DNA of 64,000 nucleotides from Vampirovibrionales bacterium (GTDB lineage Bacteria; Cyanobacteriota; Vampirovibrionia; Vampirovibrionales; JAJTHC01): NCBI GenBank assembly GCA_044346175.1, contig JBIIZQ010000001.1, positions 17,224 to 81,223 of the forward strand, read 5' to 3'. Shown piece by piece: positions 57,434 to 64,000 of this stretch (position 1 is its first letter; each line of letters starts with the position of its first letter). The notes under the pieces were generated by a model. It saw only the letters and a program-made list of their open reading frames with translations, ran no database searches and was not told where the DNA came from. The position numbers and the translations under genes were made by a program.

Positions 57434-58165
57434 GTGAGTACGCCAGAACCAGGCGTATTGAAAGGCACCTTTGCACAGCAAGGCAACCGTTATGAAACTC
57501 GTCAGACCTTTACAAGCGATATAGGTAACACCATTGCTGGATGGGATACTGGAAACCTCGCCACTGGAGATGTAGAAACAGGAAGTATCGCAACACGCAA
57601 GGGCAAAGATGGCTTAATTCATCGAGGGCTTGACTATACAAGCATCACGAATCACTACCAAGGCACCAGTTTTGTTAAAGGGGAAGGAACCAGCGTCGAA
57701 AACCCCTATACCCAAGATGAAACCTCTTTAGTAAAGGAAGAAACAGCCAACTACGATAACGACGGCATGTTAACAGCGTCCCGCAATACCCTTGGATACA
57801 AAGATACCAGCCAAGACACTGAAGCCTTACAAACCTCTGGAAAGCGCTATGATACACAGGGGCGTGAAGTTAAACGAGACTTTGGCGTGATTGCAAGACA
57901 AGGCAACCAAACCACACAAGTAGAAGCCTCCAGAGAAAATGAGTACACCATTGACTCTTGGCTTGATGACAAACCCAAGCAAACCACCGATACCCTCTCT
58001 GCACGTACTGCCACGAATGGTTTAACGGACCTCAGTACCCATCAATCGGTTACGGCAAAGTATGATGCTCAAGGGAAAATAACAGAACAACGTCGTAACC
58101 TTGGTTATATAAGAGATGGCGTTTCAGGTACACTCATTTGGACACCTCCTGAAGTAATTAAATAA
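57434..58165 (+). CDS. small YD-repeat (RHS-like) protein, GTG start
   Basis: NYDNDGMLTASRNTLGY, RYDTQGREVKRDFG and KYDAQGKITEQRRNLGY fit the YD-repeat consensus. AGGGA sits 6 nt upstream of the GTG. Confidence 0.45.
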   Translation: MSTPEPGVLKGTFAQQGNRYETRQTFTSDIGNTIAGWDTGNLATGDVETGSIATRKGKDGLIHRGLDYTSITNHYQGTSFVKGEGTSVENPYTQDETSLVKEETANYDNDGMLTASRNTLGYKDTSQDTEALQTSGKRYDTQGREVKRDFGVIARQGNQTTQVEASRENEYTIDSWLDDKPKQTTDTLSARTATNGLTDLSTHQSVTAKYDAQGKITEQRRNLGYIRDGVSGTLIWTPPEVIK

Positions 58166-58417
58166 ATCAAAGTTAAAAACGACGAACGAAACACCCCTCA
58201 GCAGAGACATGACACTCGCCTCGTGGCACATGGTTGTGTCTCTGTTTGTCTTGGTTTCATTTGTTTAGTCCAAAGTATCGACTCGGAGATTCTTACAGAA
58301 GCTTCTAAAACATGCGGGGTCGCCATGATGACTCAACATGACTCAACTTACGTTTTGACGTAAGTTTGTTTCAGTCTTTTTATCAGAAGCCTTTATGTTT
58401 CTGTTAAACTACAGGGT

Positions 58418-59587
58418 ATGAAAACACAACACCATGGTCTACAATCGAATCAAGTTCCCCTTATTTACCAAGCCTATATGGCACAAGCCATAGAGCTTGC
58501 AAAACAAGGATGGGGAACCACAACCCCCAATCCCATGGTGGGTGCGGTACTGCTTGACCGTGAAGGACAATGGGTTGCCAGTGGGTATCATCACGCTCCT
58601 GGACAACCTCATGCTGAAGCCATGGCGATTCAAAAAGCTTTCGAGCTTGGCGGGAAAACCTACAGACGCTCTGAAGGTGGGACGCTGATTGTCAATTTAG
58701 AGCCTTGCAATCATCATGGACGCACCCCCCCCTGTAGTGAAGCCATCCTAGAAGCGGGCATTGCACATGTGATTATAGGTGCCTTAGACCCCAACCCTCA
58801 TGTAAAAGGTGGAGGACTACAAGTCCTTCAACAGGCAGGGGTGCAGTGTGATTTTGGTGTGATGTACCCTGAATGTTTACGGCTCAATGAGATTTTCTTT
58901 CATCATAGTGTGACCCGTCAACCCTTTGTTACCCTGAAGCTAGGGCTGACATTAGACGGCAGAATTGCAACCCGTGGGGGTCAAAGCCAATGGATAACAG
59001 GGGAAACTTCTCGGCAATATGTACACTATTTAAGAAGTGGCTATGACGCTATTTTAACCACAGCAGAAACCGTGATTGCGGATAATCCTCAACTAACGGT
59101 TCGTTACCCCGGCGTAGTCAGGCAACCTATCCGCATCGTCCTTGACCGTCAATTTAGACTGGATTTACGACGCTACACCTTATTTAACCAGACAGACCAA
59201 GCTCCCGTATGGGTCATTGGTGCCAAGGCTCATTTAGAGAAACACTACGAGAGTGTCGCAGAAGCCTTGGGGGTCAAAGTGGTTGCTGTTCAAGGCGGGG
59301 CTCATGGGCTTGACCTTCAAGCGATTTTACAACAACTTGGCGAAGCTGGCATTAGTAGTCTTTGGGTAGAAGCAGGTGGCAAACTCGCAGGCAGCCTCAT
59401 TAGCAAAAAGCTTGTCAATAAATATTATCTTTTCTATGGATCCAAAATTATGAACGACCCACTAGCAAAAACAGGATTTTCTGGGCCTTTATGCTTAGGG
59501 TTGTCTCAAGCACCTGTGGTTCATGTGCATCAAGTGCATACGTTACATCACGATACACTCATTGAAGCCTATCCTGCGACCATGTAA
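58418..59587 (+). CDS. ribD: bifunctional riboflavin biosynthesis deaminase/reductase
   Basis: CMP/dCMP deaminase zinc motifs (HAEAMAI, LEPCNHHGRTPPC) plus a RibD C-terminal reductase domain. Confidence 0.85.
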   Translation: MKTQHHGLQSNQVPLIYQAYMAQAIELAKQGWGTTTPNPMVGAVLLDREGQWVASGYHHAPGQPHAEAMAIQKAFELGGKTYRRSEGGTLIVNLEPCNHHGRTPPCSEAILEAGIAHVIIGALDPNPHVKGGGLQVLQQAGVQCDFGVMYPECLRLNEIFFHHSVTRQPFVTLKLGLTLDGRIATRGGQSQWITGETSRQYVHYLRSGYDAILTTAETVIADNPQLTVRYPGVVRQPIRIVLDRQFRLDLRRYTLFNQTDQAPVWVIGAKAHLEKHYESVAEALGVKVVAVQGGAHGLDLQAILQQLGEAGISSLWVEAGGKLAGSLISKKLVNKYYLFYGSKIMNDPLAKTGFSGPLCLGLSQAPVVHVHQVHTLHHDTLIEAYPATM

Positions 59588-59704
59588 ACTATAAAAAGTT
59601 AACGATTGAAAAGGCTTATAGGTGTCATCATATCGGCGTTTCTAGGCTTCACGTCTCTCTCTCTCCCTTTATGCTTATCTCTGTGCTAAGGTGCTTTAAA
59701 TTTT

Positions 59705-61453
59705 ATGTCAACCGCCCCAAGTGTAAGAACCACGCTACATCCTCATCACTGGTTACTACAACACACTGCTAACGTTCCTAAAGCTATTTTACCTTGTGCA
59801 CCAGATGAACCCAACCTACCAGATACCGCCTACTATCAAGGAGGATACGGTGAAGATGCTTTTAGAGAAGTAAGCTATCGTCCACTCACTTCAGGGGGGA
59901 CGTTTCACGTCTTACCGCCACACGCACACCCCATCGAAAACCAATATACTGCTAAAAAGCAACCCTTAGCCCACCAAACGACGGAGCATAACAGCCCCCC
60001 CAAGCCACATGAAACCCACGGTAAAGAACCAACCGTTACAGAACTACCAAAAATCGTACCGACACCTCAAAAAGAGGACATACCGCATGCCCCAGAGCTT
60101 TCACAAGGTGGTATCAATTTGCGAAAGCTTATTCCGATGGTCGGTGTAGGTGCTTCTTTAGCTTGGGGTGTAGGGAATATTGCAGAACATATGCTCCATG
60201 ATGGGCATGTCAGATTTTTTTCAAAGGGTCTCTTAGGAAAAGGCTTATTAAAGCTTGCGCAATGGTTGCCTCTTATCAACATAGGGTATGGTGCTGTAAA
60301 TGCTGCAGGTGCCATTTTAAACGGCTACGCCCTACGTAGTTTAGCGTTTACGGCATTTTCAGCGGCCAGTCTTGTCGCTGCCCCAAAACTCATGAAGGGG
60401 AACCAGTTTTTTACAAAACTCTTAAATCAAGCCCAAAAAGAAGGGTTTCATGAGGTCAGTGACGCTATAAAAAACCCTAAGTTCCATAGTTGGTTCAAGA
60501 AAAATTTTACTGACGAAGCACTGAAGCTCAAAAAGTTTTCGGCTTTATTCAATGCCACCGTACCCATCGGGGTATTGATGGGGGTTTTCACCCTCACCAA
60601 AGCAGCCCAATCTCTTCAAGGGGTTAAGTTGTTACACCCTCATGGCAATACACTTGCTGAACTTCAAGACCCTCATAACCCTGTCCCCGTTGGGAAAGCA
60701 CTCATCCACAATGCAAAAGCAGAACTCAACGCATTTACTCAGCTGATAACCAATCTCCCTCAAAACACTGGAAAATCTTTCAAAGCATTTCAACAAGGAT
60801 TGACACGTTTAGGCAAAAAAGACTCAACAGAGCCAACAAACACAGAAAAAACTTCTGAAAAAGCCTCCAAACCCTCAGGGTTAGGTAAACTATGGTGTAA
60901 TTTTGCAACCCCCGTATTCAACAGCCCCTTCACAGCAACCACCTATGCCCTTACAGGGATTGGGCGTATGGTTTCTGCTGCTTTTGCCGTTGCCTTAGCC
61001 TCTCAAGGGGCAACTCATTTATTGACCAAAGGCAACGTCATGAATCAACTCGCAAAAACAGCCCCCACCACAACCCCTCAAGCCCAAAAACTTATGGGCG
61101 GGATTGGTACGTTCTTCTTGGCGGGACAACTTGCGGGTGCTGTTTCAGCCGTGTTTACGCGCTTCAATGATTGGAACCCTGCCCTCAGTGCCGTATATCG
61201 GATTAGTGCTATTCCGTATGCACTCTCAGGATTTTCGGCAATGAATCGCTCCTTTAAGCCACTCGGTTTAGGAGCAGAGGACATGGCTAAGTTTGGTGCT
61301 TTTATTCAGGCAACATCTTACTTAGTGAACTTAGTCCTTAAAGACCAAGCCGTAAAACCAGAAGGCTCTTCCAGTAAAGCTCCCCCTGCCAAAGCCTCTG
61401 AAAGGTCTTCTCAAGAGGCTACCATCACCACACACCCGACTGAGGCAAAGTAG
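59705..61453 (+). CDS. hypothetical membrane protein with paired (bilobed) hydrophobic segments
   Basis: LIPMVGVGASLAWGVGNIA followed by WLPLINIGYGAVNAAGAILNGYALRSLAFTAFSAASLVAAP. Several later hydrophobic stretches and a C-terminal Ser/Lys/Ala-rich tail. Confidence 0.5.
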   Translation: MSTAPSVRTTLHPHHWLLQHTANVPKAILPCAPDEPNLPDTAYYQGGYGEDAFREVSYRPLTSGGTFHVLPPHAHPIENQYTAKKQPLAHQTTEHNSPPKPHETHGKEPTVTELPKIVPTPQKEDIPHAPELSQGGINLRKLIPMVGVGASLAWGVGNIAEHMLHDGHVRFFSKGLLGKGLLKLAQWLPLINIGYGAVNAAGAILNGYALRSLAFTAFSAASLVAAPKLMKGNQFFTKLLNQAQKEGFHEVSDAIKNPKFHSWFKKNFTDEALKLKKFSALFNATVPIGVLMGVFTLTKAAQSLQGVKLLHPHGNTLAELQDPHNPVPVGKALIHNAKAELNAFTQLITNLPQNTGKSFKAFQQGLTRLGKKDSTEPTNTEKTSEKASKPSGLGKLWCNFATPVFNSPFTATTYALTGIGRMVSAAFAVALASQGATHLLTKGNVMNQLAKTAPTTTPQAQKLMGGIGTFFLAGQLAGAVSAVFTRFNDWNPALSAVYRISAIPYALSGFSAMNRSFKPLGLGAEDMAKFGAFIQATSYLVNLVLKDQAVKPEGSSSKAPPAKASERSSQEATITTHPTEAK

Positions 61454-61485
61454 TCGCTCCAATCTACATCATCCAGTATACTGGC

Positions 61486-62406
61486 ATGATAGCTCCCCTG
61501 CACAGGGTACCCCAGTATGCACCCTACAAAGGCTCCTCCCTGATGATTCCAGCTTATATGTCTCGTCCGTTGCGAGGTTATCAACCACTCCAATATCTTC
61601 ATGACACGCATGGCGATGAGCATTTTACGCCCGCTTTGCAAGCCTATGAAGCAGACCATTTTGAAGCAAGCAGTACACGCTTCAGTATTACGGAGTCTAC
61701 GCCTCTCATCCAAGGAGAAGGGAGAGTATCTTCTCATCATCATGGGCATACGATTTCACGTCCCTATGCCCCGATGCCTTTTCACGTGGCGTATTTTCAC
61801 CCCTTTGTACAGGATGCTTTTTCTGTACCCAGTCAGGTCAGTATGACAGGTCAAAAAACACCTGCCCTTTCTGGCGTAGATATGAACCCTTCCCAACTCA
61901 TTAACAGTACCGTTTGGCTTTACAATCCATATGCCACGGATGGACGTTATTTAAGTATTGCTGGCAACGGCACCAGCACCTCTCAAGATACTTCATGGCG
62001 ACAACTTAACAGTTTTGTCAGTGAGGCTCTTGACCATATTCGCTTTGCCCAACCAGGTTCCAAAACGATGAATCCTGCCGAAGTCATGCGTGCCAATAGC
62101 CAGTGTCCAGGGAAACCTTGGTGGCTGAGTAGAGATTACAAAGTAGCCCCTGTCCAAGGCACAATCCTCACCGTGGATGACACGTATAAAATTCTGGTCG
62201 ACAGCTGGGAACGGCTCGGCTTTGAACGTAAAGACCTTGTACGAGCCTTTTGGGACCAACCCTCCTCTCGGTGGCATGTTTACTTTGACCATCCTCGAGA
62301 CAATCGTAAACCCAAAGTATTCACGACAGATGGGTGGGAACGCACTGCGGCATTACCACCCATCTTGGAAAAAGAAATTATTTACGAATCTCAGTACGGC
62401 ATCTAG
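61486..62406 (+). CDS. hypothetical protein (306 aa)
   Basis: Long ORF. His-rich patch HHHGH. No identifiable domain. Confidence 0.4.
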   Translation: MIAPLHRVPQYAPYKGSSLMIPAYMSRPLRGYQPLQYLHDTHGDEHFTPALQAYEADHFEASSTRFSITESTPLIQGEGRVSSHHHGHTISRPYAPMPFHVAYFHPFVQDAFSVPSQVSMTGQKTPALSGVDMNPSQLINSTVWLYNPYATDGRYLSIAGNGTSTSQDTSWRQLNSFVSEALDHIRFAQPGSKTMNPAEVMRANSQCPGKPWWLSRDYKVAPVQGTILTVDDTYKILVDSWERLGFERKDLVRAFWDQPSSRWHVYFDHPRDNRKPKVFTTDGWERTAALPPILEKEIIYESQYGI

Positions 62407-62412
62407 GTCGTC

Positions 62413-63264
62413 CTAAGGATGACTTGGTTGTTTTACCACACGCTTTACACCTTGGGCTTTGAGCGTTTTTTGTTTAGCCAGTTCCTGCCTTATGGCTTGT
62501 TCAGCACGGGTATACAGTGCAGGGAATGTCTTGATATCCTTATTCCAAGTAGTTTCCTTTTGTAGGCGACGCATGGCACCCTCTTTATCTTGAGGAGAAA
62601 GGGAGAAGCGGGTTAATGCCTCAGAAGCCTGTGCATCCCCATAAAGAGAAGCCTTTAAGTAATGATAGTAAGCACTCTTAGGATGATTTTTACTCTCATA
62701 GTAATGCCCCAGTTGCCTATCTGCTTCAACAGACCCCGCTGCCGATTGAAGTATCCAAGCCTTTATTTGCTTACGCATTTCTCTAGGGGGTAAAAGCTCA
62801 TCCACACGTTGCACCATGTGTTTTGTAAGATGTGGCGTGTGTTCACCCTCCACCAGAAACCGACCCAGTGAAAGTACCTCTTTACCCGGGCTTTTTGTTT
62901 CCTTCTTTAAAGCGGCATCAAAGGCGGTAAGTAAATCTTTTTGAGAGGTTTTCCATTGTTTCCGCCACGCTTGCTTGAACTGGTCTTCTATGTCGGGTTG
63001 AGCATTTAACAGTTGCTCAACATCACTTTGTGACGGTAAGTTCTTTGGGGTTGACAATACAGGTGCTGACCCCATGGATGAGTTTGGGGGTGTAGCTTGC
63101 GTCGATTGTTGCGTGTGTACAGATTGTGAGGTCTGAATACTCGCACTCCAAGAAGCACTTACCGCAAAAAGATACCAGACAAGCGTCATAAAACATGCCA
63201 TAGTCATCAAGCGTTGATGTTTGAAATGAAACTGAAACTTTCGGAAAATAGAAGGGGTTATCAT
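62413..63264 (-). CDS. Sel1-like repeat protein with N-terminal transmembrane/signal segment
   Basis: LGHYYESKNHPKSAYYHYLKASLYGDAQASEALTRF fits a Sel1 repeat. N-terminal hydrophobic MTMACFMTLVWYLFAVSA. Confidence 0.5.
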   Translation of the reverse strand: MITPSIFRKFQFHFKHQRLMTMACFMTLVWYLFAVSASWSASIQTSQSVHTQQSTQATPPNSSMGSAPVLSTPKNLPSQSDVEQLLNAQPDIEDQFKQAWRKQWKTSQKDLLTAFDAALKKETKSPGKEVLSLGRFLVEGEHTPHLTKHMVQRVDELLPPREMRKQIKAWILQSAAGSVEADRQLGHYYESKNHPKSAYYHYLKASLYGDAQASEALTRFSLSPQDKEGAMRRLQKETTWNKDIKTFPALYTRAEQAIRQELAKQKTLKAQGVKRVVKQPSHP

Positions 63265-63290
63265 ACCCGTAAGTCCTTTCGTGATAGAGG

Positions 63291-63998
63291 CTAATGTTGG
63301 TTTACTGGCACTGTATGCTTATAGGTGTGTGTTTGAGCTTTGAGCATCGTGTCTTTGAGTTCTGTCATCACACCCGGTACTTGTAAACGCTGCTCATATT
63401 CCAACATATTCCAAGTGAGTTCTAACAGTGTGGTTGCTTTGGTATAGCCACTATCAGAAGCTAACTTAAGCCAGACATAAGAGTTGAGTAAATCCTTACT
63501 ATTAAACGCCCTACGTTGTAAACGAACGGCATAAGCATACATCGCTTCAGGATACCCTGCGAGTGCAGACGTTTTAAGCCAGTGCATTGCCTCGAAAGGA
63601 TTGCGTCGTAAGCCCAAAGCCCCATCCTCATACGCAAGTGCTAGCTGATAAGCCGCTTGAGCATCGCCTGCCTGAGCAGCACTCCGCAACGCTTGAAGAG
63701 CATCCATAGGGGTGAGTGGGTTCGATGTGTTCTCTGTCGTAACCTCATGCTTCTTCAAAAACCCTAAGGGTTGACTCACTTGGGTCTCAAGTGTTTTCCA
63801 ATGCGTATGCAGTGCCAACAACATCGTCCCCACGGGAGACTCTTGCTTCACACCTACAATAGGTGCGGGTCTCTTCAAAGCATCCGATGAAAAAGATACT
63901 TTATGCTTCAATGATGGAGAAGTACTTTCTACCATATTGGGCATGCTCGAAGCATTTGCTTGAGAAGACATCATCACAGGTACTCTATCTGGTGTCAC
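63291..63998 (-). CDS. Sel1-like repeat protein
   Basis: AQAAYQLALAYEDGALGLRRNPFEAMHWLKTSALAGYPEAMYAYAVRL is a canonical Sel1 repeat pair. Confidence 0.55.
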   Translation of the reverse strand: MTPDRVPVMMSSQANASSMPNMVESTSPSLKHKVSFSSDALKRPAPIVGVKQESPVGTMLLALHTHWKTLETQVSQPLGFLKKHEVTTENTSNPLTPMDALQALRSAAQAGDAQAAYQLALAYEDGALGLRRNPFEAMHWLKTSALAGYPEAMYAYAVRLQRRAFNSKDLLNSYVWLKLASDSGYTKATTLLELTWNMLEYEQRLQVPGVMTELKDTMLKAQTHTYKHTVPVNQH

Positions 63999-64000
63999 GC

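Overview
The window is a 64-kb bacterial chromosomal segment of about 47-50% GC, densely coding with no introns, transposases, CRISPR arrays or rRNA genes. All calls are by eye from the six-frame track and the raw sequence. Coordinates of small DNA elements may be off by 1-2 nt, and several CDS starts were re-picked by hand because the ORF track sometimes begins at internal GTG or TTG codons or overruns upstream genes.

The conserved housekeeping backbone is:
- a class-I fructose-bisphosphate aldolase 3' end, then gap, tpiA, dut, dtd and kdsC co-linear on the plus strand;
- an A-type Fe-S carrier plus a stand-alone Nfu-domain protein;
- rpsO, a rubrerythrin and pnp in that order on the minus strand;
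- a TolC-like outer-membrane protein, a TIGR01212 radical-SAM protein, tsaE and gatC;
- an ArsB/NhaD-family permease;
- lysC and a Bcp-type peroxiredoxin;
- a eukaryotic-type IMPDH (guaB);
- rimP followed by nusA;
- a TetR regulator divergent from a sodium:solute symporter, and an HpcH-family aldolase;
- rsmH, tyrS and ribD;
- tRNA-Val(GAC) and tRNA-Arg(CCG).

Several features favour a cyanobacteria-related lineage (photosynthetic or non-photosynthetic), but this is inference only. They are a Gap2-type GAPDH signature (SYTGDQRLLDAPH), a short stand-alone Nfu protein, gatC and rsmH sitting outside their usual operons, and abundant pentapeptide repeats.

Accessory content is rich. The two headline items are:
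- two tandem paralogous proteins joining pentapeptide repeats to a conserved C-terminal kinase-like motif set;
- a protein with five tandem acidic-flanked FPPFPP (FPx-phi-P, Ena/VASP EVH1-ligand-like) repeats and a canonical C-terminal EF-hand.

Other accessory items are:
- two tandem paralogous HAD-IIB phosphatases carrying a large insertion;
- a region of unknown large proteins downstream of tRNA-Arg with an AT-rich core, an EEP-like half-domain, a small YD-repeat protein, two Sel1-repeat proteins and a membrane protein with paired hydrophobic lobes;
- two co-occurring families of short dispersed palindromic repeats in intergenic regions.
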